DNA from: Flavobacteriales bacterium
Lineage (GTDB): Bacteria > Bacteroidota > Bacteroidia > Palsa-965
DNA: 64,000 bases
Assembly (NCBI GenBank): GCA_040377305.1
Contig: JBEIPA010000012.1
Location: 27,653 to 91,652, forward strand
Direction of reading: 5' to 3'
Under the pieces are notes generated by a model. The model was given only the letters and a program-made list of their open reading frames with translations. It made no database searches and was not told the origin of the DNA. Position numbers and translations under genes: made by a program. Below, piece after piece: positions 41,098 to 49,172 of this stretch (positions are counted from its first letter, which is position 1; the number at the start of each line of letters is the position of its first letter).

Positions 41098-41970
41098 ATG
41101 GAGCAGCTCAAGGAAATATTCGACTTGATTTGGCCAACCGGCTTGAGCATTCTGTTCCTCGCCATCCTTTTCATTCCCATGGAAAAAGTTTTTCCTGCGA
41201 AACCGGGACAGAAAGTATTTCGTCCGCGTTGGTTTACCGATCTGCTGTTTTTTCTCGGACAATATCTTTTCTGGAGCTTCTTCGTGTTCTGGGTGCTCAG
41301 CTTTTTCAGCGAGTGGATTTTCATGATTGTGCCCGAAGGATTCAGATCAGCCGTTGCATCACAACCCTGGGCGCTTCAGGTGTTCGAGGTAATTGTGTTA
41401 AGCGATTTCATCATCTACTGGGCACATCGTCTGCAGCATAAAGTGGATTTCCTCTGGCGTTTTCACAAAGTACATCACACCGCCGAGCATCTCGATTGGC
41501 TGGCTGCACACCGCGAACATCCGCTCGATTCGATTTACACCATCGGACTGATTAATCTGCCCGCATTCATTCTCGGATTTCCGTTGGAGACAATCGCCGG
41601 CTTAATTGCTTTCCGTGGCATCTGGGCAATTTACATTCACTCAAATGTGCGCATTCCCCTCGGACCATTGCGTGTACTCATTGGGTCTCCGGAACTGCAT
41701 CACTGGCATCACGAACTCGAACGCGATCGCGGTAACTACGCAAACATTTCTCCGATCATGGACAAACTGTTTGGAACATACACCTGTCCCGATCACGAAC
41801 CGGAGCATCTCGGCATCAAAGAAGAATTTCCCAAACACTACGTTGGACAGCTCGTTCATCCGATCCTGCCGAAGAGAGTGGGGGATTGGATGTTTAAGAA
41901 GAAGAAGGCCGTTGTTACGATGAAACCAGAGCCCATTCGTGAAACAGTCGAAGTTCAGGTTCCACAGTAA
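41098..41970 (+). CDS. sterol desaturase / fatty acid hydroxylase family membrane protein
   Basis: Histidine boxes HRLQH, HKVHH and HHWHH, with multiple TM helices. Confidence 0.8.
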   Translation: MEQLKEIFDLIWPTGLSILFLAILFIPMEKVFPAKPGQKVFRPRWFTDLLFFLGQYLFWSFFVFWVLSFFSEWIFMIVPEGFRSAVASQPWALQVFEVIVLSDFIIYWAHRLQHKVDFLWRFHKVHHTAEHLDWLAAHREHPLDSIYTIGLINLPAFILGFPLETIAGLIAFRGIWAIYIHSNVRIPLGPLRVLIGSPELHHWHHELERDRGNYANISPIMDKLFGTYTCPDHEPEHLGIKEEFPKHYVGQLVHPILPKRVGDWMFKKKKAVVTMKPEPIRETVEVQVPQ

Positions 41971-42056
41971 TGTAAACGTAACATCACGATCAAATTGTCT
42001 TAAGGTTAAACAGCTAACTCCTTCCTAATTTCATATCAGAATAAAATCAATACTGA

Positions 42057-42824
42057 ATGAATGATCATGAAAAACAACTTTGGAACAGGATTAAAGAGTT
42101 TCAATTCGATGAACCGGAAGTAGCATTTAGCTTTTCCGACCGGTTGGCAAATGAGAACAACTGGAAAAAGGATTTCGCCATTCGGGCGATTGAAGAATAC
42201 CGCAAGTTTATTTATCTCTGCTGCGTTGCTGGACATCAGGTCACTCCTTCCGATGAAGTAGATCAGGTATGGCATCTTCACCTCACTTTTACTAAATCGT
42301 ACTGGAAAGAGTTGTGCGAAAAAGTTTTGGAGAAAGAGTTGCATCACAATCCAACAAAGGGCGGTAAAGTTGAAGAGAAGAAGTTCGACTTGTGTTACTC
42401 GAAAACGTTGGTTTCTTATCGCAATCACTTCGGAGTTAATCCTCCGGTAGATTTATGGCCGAATGGAACTACACGGTTTCAAAATGCAAATCATATACGC
42501 GTCGATGCACTTCGAAACTGGATAATTAAAAAGCCACAGCGAAGAATCCGAATTGCATTTGTAGTTCTACTTCTTTCGATCGGAGGACTCCTGAATGTTC
42601 AGGCATACGACAACAAGGATGTGATTGTCGGGTTTGGTGTAATGGCAGTGATTGCGGTTATCGGAATTATCACCTGGCGAAACGGTGGAGGAAATGGAAA
42701 TGGGGGAAGTTGTTCATCCGGTTGCAGCACGAGCGGTTGCGGTGGATCACACAGTGGATGTTCTTCGAACGGTTGCAGCTCCGGTTGTGGTGGCGGTTGC
42801 GGTGGAGGCGGATGTGGAAGTTAG
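42057..42824 (+). CDS. GRDP-like (DUF1399-type) membrane protein with Cys/Gly/Ser-rich C-terminal tail
   Basis: The N-terminal domain carries PSDEVDQVWHLHLTFTKSYW...HHNPTKGG. Two TM helices follow. The tail reads GGGNGNGGSCSSGCSTSGCGGSHSGCSSNGCSSGCGGGCGGGGCGS. Confidence 0.6.
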   Translation: MNDHEKQLWNRIKEFQFDEPEVAFSFSDRLANENNWKKDFAIRAIEEYRKFIYLCCVAGHQVTPSDEVDQVWHLHLTFTKSYWKELCEKVLEKELHHNPTKGGKVEEKKFDLCYSKTLVSYRNHFGVNPPVDLWPNGTTRFQNANHIRVDALRNWIIKKPQRRIRIAFVVLLLSIGGLLNVQAYDNKDVIVGFGVMAVIAVIGIITWRNGGGNGNGGSCSSGCSTSGCGGSHSGCSSNGCSSGCGGGCGGGGCGS

Positions 42825-42828
42825 TTTC

Positions 42829-42856
42829 ATAAAAAAGCGCGAATCTCTCCGCGCTC
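42829..42856 (-). terminator. rho-independent terminator for the minus-strand gene 42895-43623
   Basis: Stem AGCGCG / CGCGCT with an 8-nt loop. An A6 run on the plus-strand side gives a T6 run after the hairpin on the minus strand. Confidence 0.55.
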
Positions 42857-42870
42857 ATACTATATCCTGA

Positions 42871-42894
42871 CTGCTCCCGATAGCTATCGGGATG
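42871..42894. repeat. palindromic core TCCCGATAGCTATCGGGA shared with the REP cluster at 29147-29170
   Basis: CTGCTCCCGATAGCTATCGGGATG, between convergent genes. Confidence 0.55.
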
Positions 42895-43623
42895 CTACTG
42901 CCGCTGCAACTGATTTTTAGGAACAATCTTATCCATCACTTTCCCACCCATCTCTTTTCCTTTTTCTTTTCCTTTTTCCTTCGCTTTCTCCTTCACCTCT
43001 TCTTTTACTTCTTCCTTCACTTGCTCTTTCACGGTAGTTGGAGCGGCAGCTGTTGTATCACTCGCATTCGAAGGAGAAGGTGCTGGTTTTGTTTTTCCCG
43101 TTCCTGCTTCGTCGATGGAAAGGTTAGTTGGACTAACAGCGCCATTAACTGCGTCTGCAGGTGATTTCACCTTACCGGTTCCGGCTTCATCAATTGTGAT
43201 TTGTCCACCTCCCCCATCAAGTCCACTCGCACCAGCAGGTGGAGCCGGAGCAGGTGATGCTTCTTCAGCCGGAGCAGCTTCAACTTTCGATGCAGATGTT
43301 CCAGCCTCAGCTTCTTTTGGTTGTTCCGGCTCGGGTTCACTCGGTCGCTCAAGTCCAGGAACACTTGGATTATTCGTAGTTGAGTCGGTACGATTCGCGT
43401 CGTTCTTAGTCTTCGTTTTACCTGTGCCAGGCTCATCGATGGTTATCTCCTGAGGAACACCACCGGATGGTTGATCGCGATTATTGACCGTAGTTGTATC
43501 CACAGCCTCCGCAGCATCTTTCTTTTTATTCTTCTTTTTCTTTCCTCCGTCTTGTGCGTAAGCATCGGCAGACAAAATCACTGCAGCCGCAAGAGTTAAT
43601 AAAGTAAGTAGTCGTTTACTCAT
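42895..43623 (-). CDS. secreted low-complexity K/E/P/A-rich protein with repeated IDE-x-GTGK-x-K motif
   Basis: I prefer the ATG at 43623 (signal MSKRLLTLLTLAAAVILSADAYAQ). Motifs ITIDEPGTGKTK, ITIDEAGTGKVK and LSIDEAGTGKTK. C-terminal (KEEV/KEKG)n. Confidence 0.65.
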   Translation of the reverse strand: MSKRLLTLLTLAAAVILSADAYAQDGGKKKKNKKKDAAEAVDTTTVNNRDQPSGGVPQEITIDEPGTGKTKTKNDANRTDSTTNNPSVPGLERPSEPEPEQPKEAEAGTSASKVEAAPAEEASPAPAPPAGASGLDGGGGQITIDEAGTGKVKSPADAVNGAVSPTNLSIDEAGTGKTKPAPSPSNASDTTAAAPTTVKEQVKEEVKEEVKEKAKEKGKEKGKEMGGKVMDKIVPKNQLQRQ

Positions 43624-43737
43624 GTGATTGTAAATTATATTGATTCGATTTCGTGAATCCAAACACAACCGTTCGGACTTCCTGGCAGAACTTTATAATG
43701 GATTATTACCCAAAATTAGTGCCATTTGGGATACCTT

Positions 43738-46185
43738 TTACTTAGACAACTCAATTGCCTCAGGTACAGACACTTGCTCCCCTTTATAGAAAGCAATAAT
43801 GAAGCATTCCGGGAAGCCCTGAGCACGCATTTTGTCTTTCAGCGCGGTGATATCGGAATAGCTGGAAGTGCCACCTACTGTGTATCGCGTTAAGCCTTGT
43901 GTTGTGGTCGACTTCTTCAGTCCAACCACTTTATCAAACTTCGCCTGATCTTCTGCTGATGGAGCATTCTTGTATGCGCCCAACTGAACCTGGAACTCAA
44001 CAAATCCTTTCGTGCCTGCACCTTGAGCTGTATCAGGTGTCATCGGTTCAACTTTCATGTAGGTTGCTCCGGCTTTCTCGAGTGGAATTCTCTTTCCTTG
44101 TTTATACGCAACAATAAACGCTCCTGAATATCCTTTAACCAACAACGCAGCTTTCGCATCAGATGCTTCCTGGAATGTTTTGTATGAACCAGACATGTAC
44201 TTGTAAAGTCCGTCATCCGTCTTGAAGTAAAGTAGATCTGGAACATCTGCGAATGTTGCTTTGGAAATCGGACGACTGAATGCACCAACCTGAACGCGGA
44301 AAGTTAATCCCGTATCATTCGGCATAGTTTTCACACCGCCGTTAGTTCCACCTGTATTTCCTCCGGTGTTGCCACCTGTATTTCCTCCGGTGTTACCACC
44401 AGTATTTCCTCCGGTGTTACCACCTGTATTTCCTCCGGTGTTGCCACCTGTATTTCCTCCGGTGTTACCACCTGTATTTCCTCCGGTGTTGCCACCTGTA
44501 TTTCCTCCGGTGTTACCACCTGTATTTCCTCCGGTGTTACCACCTGTATTTCCTCCGGTGTTGCCACCAGTATTTCCTCCGGTGTTACCACCTGTATTTC
44601 CTCCGGTGTTGCCACCTGTGTTTCCTCCGGTGTTGCCACCTGTATTTCCTCCGGTGTTGCCACCCGTATTTCCTCCGGTGTTGCCACCTGTATTTCCTCC
44701 GGTGTTACCACCTGTATTTCCTGCAGTGTTGCCAGTGAGGCCTGTTACTTCAACCAGTTTTCCATCAGCAGTTTTGTATACGATGGTTGGCGTTTTGAAT
44801 CCTTGTGCTTCCAGTGCTTTTCTTCTGCGTTCAGCTTCTACGAGATCGTAAAACTTTCCGGCAGTATATGCTGTAGATGAATCATACAACGAGTGCGTTG
44901 CAATATCCGGAACGCTGAGAAAACGCATCATCTGTTCATTGGTGATGGCGCTGTTGTAAGTCCCGAGCGAAACCATATACACTTTCCGTTCTGCTCCACC
45001 TGTCCCGGCAGTATTCTGTCCGTTGAGTTTGACATTCACTGAATGGTATTCACCGGTTGAATCGTTGTAAAGCAACCAACGCTTGTATACGATTGAATCT
45101 GTCAACGCAATTCCATTCTCGTCGGTAAAGAATTCTTTCGGCGATTCTAGTTCCTTATCGCGATAGTCAGCCGTGTTGTCAATGTCATCATCAAGCGGAC
45201 AACCGTGTATGTCAACCGAAACTCCAACAGGTGTGAGTGCGCAGGAGTCTGACAAATCGAATACGCCATCCATATCGTAGTCATCGTCATTGAACACATA
45301 AAGGCTGTCTGTCGGTGCGAATGTGTCAATCTCCTCTTTCTCTTGTCCGGTGAGATTGTAACGCATTCCGAACGAAGTCATCACGAAATGGTCATTCTTA
45401 GAATTGCCTTGACGTGCGCCCGTGCTTTGTGCAGTTATTCCGTCAACATAATCGGTGAACGTAAAGTGGAATGTGGTTCCAACAACGGCCTGCCAACGGT
45501 CGGTCAGGTGCATCGTGAATCCAATTCCAACAGGAACGGCGAAAGAACGTTCAGGATATCTTCCGAAGTCATCCGGATTCGTATTGCGCACATCTGTTTC
45601 GTACGTGTAATCGCGCACAAGCATAGAAGCCTGCCACGCGAAGGGATCGCTTTCGTCAATATTACGGATTGATCCATCAGACCAGTAGTAATAACGATTT
45701 CCATTTGCATCGAACAAATCTGTCTTCGATAAGAACTCGAACGATTCAATACCAACGCTTACCCACGGCATCACGTTTCTTCTCGTGCGAAAGAAATTCT
45801 GAAAGTTGTACTCGAAATGAATTCCGCCAACACGAATTGCTGATTCGAAATTCACATTGCGTGTAATCAAACGTTCATTTGCCCCAAGCTTTCCGAAGCA
45901 GGTATAAAATCCGATGTTGAGGTAGGGAGTAAGCGTTTGATGAACCGAAAGTTCAAATCCAATTCTGCTGACCTGAAAATTTGCAAGATGCTTATCGTAC
46001 ACGTCGCCGTAATACGAGAACATTCCAGTACCAAGACCTACGGTTGGCTTAAAAACGAAAGGTGCCGGTTCATCGGCTACTTTCTTTTGCCACAGTCGGG
46101 GTTGGACTGTATTTTCCCGGCTGTGCATTATTGCTGTATGCAAAACCAGTAACAGGACGAAGGTTATTCTTCGCATTAATCTCAA
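43738..46185 (-). CDS. outer-membrane beta-barrel / thrombospondin-type-3 / SPOR-domain fusion protein with (GGNT)n linker
   Basis: Signal peptide. The N-terminal ~270 aa have an alternating-hydrophobic barrel pattern, paralogous to 47710-48915 (both carry RDYTYET and TFxDY[VI]D). Asp-rich TSP3-like DDDYDMDGVFDLSDSC...DIHGCPLDDDIDN. About 32 GGNT units. C-terminal SPOR-like modules (FRVQVGAFS..., FQVQLGAYK...). Confidence 0.75.
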   Translation of the reverse strand: MRLMRRITFVLLLVLHTAIMHSRENTVQPRLWQKKVADEPAPFVFKPTVGLGTGMFSYYGDVYDKHLANFQVSRIGFELSVHQTLTPYLNIGFYTCFGKLGANERLITRNVNFESAIRVGGIHFEYNFQNFFRTRRNVMPWVSVGIESFEFLSKTDLFDANGNRYYYWSDGSIRNIDESDPFAWQASMLVRDYTYETDVRNTNPDDFGRYPERSFAVPVGIGFTMHLTDRWQAVVGTTFHFTFTDYVDGITAQSTGARQGNSKNDHFVMTSFGMRYNLTGQEKEEIDTFAPTDSLYVFNDDDYDMDGVFDLSDSCALTPVGVSVDIHGCPLDDDIDNTADYRDKELESPKEFFTDENGIALTDSIVYKRWLLYNDSTGEYHSVNVKLNGQNTAGTGGAERKVYMVSLGTYNSAITNEQMMRFLSVPDIATHSLYDSSTAYTAGKFYDLVEAERRRKALEAQGFKTPTIVYKTADGKLVEVTGLTGNTAGNTGGNTGGNTGGNTGGNTGGNTGGNTGGNTGGNTGGNTGGNTGGNTGGNTGGNTGGNTGGNTGGNTGGNTGGNTGGNTGGNTGGNTGGNTGGNTGGNTGGNTGGNTGGNTGGNTGGNTGGNTGGTNGGVKTMPNDTGLTFRVQVGAFSRPISKATFADVPDLLYFKTDDGLYKYMSGSYKTFQEASDAKAALLVKGYSGAFIVAYKQGKRIPLEKAGATYMKVEPMTPDTAQGAGTKGFVEFQVQLGAYKNAPSAEDQAKFDKVVGLKKSTTTQGLTRYTVGGTSSYSDITALKDKMRAQGFPECFIIAFYKGEQVSVPEAIELSK
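44336..44732. repeat. coding tandem repeat, 12-nt unit (24-nt super-unit), ~32 copies, encoding (GGNT)n
   Basis: CCACCTGTATTTCCTCCGGTGTT(G/A) is iterated with only third-position changes. Track ORFs 44331-44711 and 44366-44851 are other-frame readings of it. Confidence 0.9.
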
Positions 46186-46238
46186 AAATAGCTATTCTAA
46201 TTCGAATTCTCTTGGTTTTTAACAGCGAAGATCGTCAT

Positions 46239-46276
46239 GACTGCCTACGGCCCAACTGCTCACTGCCTACTGCTAC
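46239..46276. repeat. CTGCCTACTGCC-type short repeat
   Basis: GACTGCCTACGGCCCAACTGCTCACTGCCTACTGCTAC. Confidence 0.5.
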
Positions 46277-47691
46277 TTGATCCACTTTTGACTCGTAATC
46301 ATCAGCGCTTCCTGCACCGTAATTCTCTTACCGCTGCTGTATGCCACTACAAACGGACCTTCAACACCTTTTCCACGAACTGTTTCACGGCTATTTCGTG
46401 CATCCTGATAAGTTGTGAATGAACCTGTCGTGTACTTATTCAAACCATCAACCTGTTCAGCATTCACCGTATTGAGTCCGTATGTGTTCTCGTAATAATT
46501 AGTTGGAACACGACGCACCATTGCTGCAACCTGAATCGAGAAAGAAACACCTTGAGTCTTATTCACGATAGGATCCTGTTGCGTATCTCCGGTGTTTCCG
46601 TCATTACCGGTGTTTCCGTCATTGCCCGTGTTGCCTGTATTTTCTGTAACCGGATCTTGCCCCGACTTGTTTCCGTTGGCATCGTTCCCCGTGTTTCCGT
46701 CGTTACCGGTATTGCCATCATTCCCTGTATTTCCAGTGTTCCCTGTGTTTCCAATGTTCCCTGTGTTTCCAATGTTCCCTGTGTTTCCTGTATTGCCCGT
46801 GTTACCCGTGTTACCGGTATTATTATTTCCAACGATAGCTTCGTTCGCTTTCATTTCAATAACTGCAGGAGCAATATTCACCAGCTTGTTATCCATGTTC
46901 TCGATGTACGAAACGTGTCCGTTGATGGTATAACGCCCAGCTACATCAGGAGATACAATAACTTTATACTGGGCATGCAATGTTGCGCTCGCCTTGTTTG
47001 GATTGTACCACTGCAAACGCACAATTCCATTCTCAAAAGACCAGTCGCCACCATCGTTCATGACCGACTTTGCAATGAATCCTTCCGGCAATGTATCCTG
47101 GAGCTTGATGAAGCTGCTGAGATCGCCCTTTTGTATAGTGATATCAACAATGAATTCTCCGGTTACAGGTTCAGTGGGAACAATACGCGTTACTGTAACA
47201 CTTGCTGCTGGATTTGCAGTCGAATCGTTGGTCTCCGGAATGTAGTTGCCGTTGTTTTGGGTTCCCGCGTTACCGACAATGAGTTTCATGGGATCAAGTA
47301 CTATATGACTCGGTAGATTGTCTACTGTATGCGAAAGTTTTTGTGTGCATTCAAACGTCCCTTCCGCATCTGACGGAGGTGTAAGCTTGAAGGAAACATT
47401 CAGTTCTTCGCGCACACCAACACGTGACCAAAGAAATTTTACGGTGCGATCTTCAAACATGAAAGAAGATCCGTCTTCTTCAATCTTTTCTGCTGTCCAT
47501 CCTTCGGGAATTACCATGGAATAACGAAGCAGCTTATCAACTCCGTTTGGATCAATTTTCACCTTCACTATCACGCTCTCGCCCTTATTAATCGAAGCAG
47601 GAGCCGTAATGGTTGCAGAAGGACCTCCCGCGAGCAGAGAAAAAATCCACACAGCTAAAAAGTTCAACGCAAATATCAGTCCTCGTATCAT
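46273..47691 (-). CDS. secreted protein with two ~110-aa beta-rich modules, (GNT)n repeats and a C-terminal SPOR domain
   Basis: Signal or anchor. Two related modules (..IPEGWTAEKIEEDGSSFMFEDRTVKFLW.. and ..LPEGFIAKSVMNDGGDWSFENGIVRLQW..). GNTGNTGNTGNTGNIGNTGN... repeats. C-terminal VSFSIQVAAM...YTTGSFTTYQDA..FVVAY matches the SPOR pattern. Confidence 0.7.
   Translation of the reverse strand: MIRGLIFALNFLAVWIFSLLAGGPSATITAPASINKGESVIVKVKIDPNGVDKLLRYSMVIPEGWTAEKIEEDGSSFMFEDRTVKFLWSRVGVREELNVSFKLTPPSDAEGTFECTQKLSHTVDNLPSHIVLDPMKLIVGNAGTQNNGNYIPETNDSTANPAASVTVTRIVPTEPVTGEFIVDITIQKGDLSSFIKLQDTLPEGFIAKSVMNDGGDWSFENGIVRLQWYNPNKASATLHAQYKVIVSPDVAGRYTINGHVSYIENMDNKLVNIAPAVIEMKANEAIVGNNNTGNTGNTGNTGNTGNIGNTGNIGNTGNTGNTGNDGNTGNDGNTGNDANGNKSGQDPVTENTGNTGNDGNTGNDGNTGDTQQDPIVNKTQGVSFSIQVAAMVRRVPTNYYENTYGLNTVNAEQVDGLNKYTTGSFTTYQDARNSRETVRGKGVEGPFVVAYSSGKRITVQEALMITSQKWIK
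46570..46830. repeat. coding tandem repeat, 9-nt unit, encoding (GNT/GND)n
   Basis: GTTTCC(A/G/C)GTGTT-type units are iterated in two blocks. Confidence 0.8.
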
Positions 47692-47709
47692 AGTTTCCCT
47701 TATTTGTAA

Positions 47710-48915
47710 TTATTGTTCGAAGTAGTAGTCAATCAGCTGATTGATTTTTTCTGCAGTCCAACCGCCTTTATCATCAAAGAAATCATCTACCACAGAATCA
47801 ATTTCATCAGCCGTTATCATACAGTTGCTATCGTAATCAGCCGCGCGAAATTCTTCAGGAATGCAATTCGGGTTAATTACATTTCCGAGACTGTCGAGTT
47901 GAGTGAGTGTAGTTGTTACTCCATCCTTATCAACCGGCGTGTTTTTAGCCGTGTTCTGTTCTTTGTCGCGATAATCAGGAACTCCGTCTTCATCATTATC
48001 AGGCGGACATCCATTGCGATTTACCTGAACACCCGATGGAGTTCCTGCGCACAGATCATCCGCATCGCGAACACCGTCTTTGTCGGAGTCTTCGTTCAGA
48101 ATATCAGATCCGTTGGTGCGGTCTGCTTTCGGACCACGTGAATTGAATTGATAATAGATGGAAACACTCGCATACATCCAACTGTCGTTGCGGTCAAACT
48201 TGAAGTTGTCAATGTAATCGCTGAACGTAAGATTGTATGTAGCGCGAAAATCAGCACCAACATGTCTGTTGAATTTGAACTTCGTACCAACGCTCAGTGG
48301 AATTCCCATTGTGCTTCGCGTGTAATTCACTGCGCTGTCGGTGAGCTGAGTTTCGTAAGTGTAATCGCGGGTGAGATAATTCGATATGAAATTTGCATTG
48401 GGTGCGCTTTCATTCACATCGCGAATAGTTCCGTCAGACCAGTAGTGGTACGTTGAATCATTCGCCGCTTTCAGATCGCCATACGGATCAAAACTCATCC
48501 ACATAAATCCAACACCCAGGTAAGGACCGACTGTTGCGCGCCGCGACAGAATGAAATCATTGTCGAGATTAAACATCAGTCCGCCACCAACGCTGATGAA
48601 TTGTGTTGTGAAATTTCTGTTGAATGCAACTGAACGTTCATTGGCGGTTAGCGTACCATATACTCCGTATAATTCTGCACCCAGTGTTCCAAGAAAACGT
48701 TGTTCTATTCCAAAACGAAAACCGGTTCTGAATGATCCTCCGGTTCCTTTGGTTGGAGCAATATCTCCACGGAAGTAAGTGAGTCCCGCACCAACTCCAA
48801 GGAGTGGAAGTTCTTTGTGTTCAGGATCGGATTGAGCCGACAAAGTTGTGGTCGCGCAGAATATGGGCACGATACAGAGCAAGGGAAGCAGCTTAATGGT
48901 TTGGTTCAAATCCAA
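47710..48915 (-). CDS. outer-membrane beta-barrel protein with thrombospondin-type-3 repeats and Asp-rich Ca-binding-like C-terminus
   Basis: Signal peptide. The barrel-like N-terminal ~260 aa are paralogous to 43738-46185. DSDKDGVRDADDLCAGTPSGVQVNRNGCPPDNDEDGVPDYRDKE matches TSP3. The C-terminal ADYDSNCMITADEIDSVVDDF is EF-hand/dockerin-like. Confidence 0.7.
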   Translation of the reverse strand: MDLNQTIKLLPLLCIVPIFCATTTLSAQSDPEHKELPLLGVGAGLTYFRGDIAPTKGTGGSFRTGFRFGIEQRFLGTLGAELYGVYGTLTANERSVAFNRNFTTQFISVGGGLMFNLDNDFILSRRATVGPYLGVGFMWMSFDPYGDLKAANDSTYHYWSDGTIRDVNESAPNANFISNYLTRDYTYETQLTDSAVNYTRSTMGIPLSVGTKFKFNRHVGADFRATYNLTFSDYIDNFKFDRNDSWMYASVSIYYQFNSRGPKADRTNGSDILNEDSDKDGVRDADDLCAGTPSGVQVNRNGCPPDNDEDGVPDYRDKEQNTAKNTPVDKDGVTTTLTQLDSLGNVINPNCIPEEFRAADYDSNCMITADEIDSVVDDFFDDKGGWTAEKINQLIDYYFEQ

Positions 48916-49172
48916 TGGGTTTATGCGTACCCAACAAATCTATACTTGCAGTGCGCGCACAACGGCCGACGTTATTCACAATTACCAACATGAAAATGTG
49001 AATACGACAATGAACGAAACGATGAAAGCCCCGTCGATAGAGGCTTTCAGAGGTTTTGAAGAATGATGTTGTAGTGTTAGTCGTTATTCACATTTGACTG
49101 TTAGCGAATGTTCCTTGATACGTTCCACGAATGTGTGGCTCAAGCTTTCGCTGAGTCTTAGCGTCGCTACGA

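Noticed and set aside
42652-42870. ORFs 42652-42870 (+) and 42670-42858 (-) over the Cys/Gly tail region.
   Set aside because: They are alternative frames of a GC-rich low-complexity coding tract. The main frame is continuous with the upstream TM helices.
44331-44851. ORFs 44331-44711 (-) and 44366-44851 (+), which encode (EEIQVATP)n and (PPVFPPVL)n.
   Set aside because: They are alternative-frame and antisense readings of the (GGNT)n tandem repeat. The GGNT frame is continuous with flanking barrel and SPOR domains.
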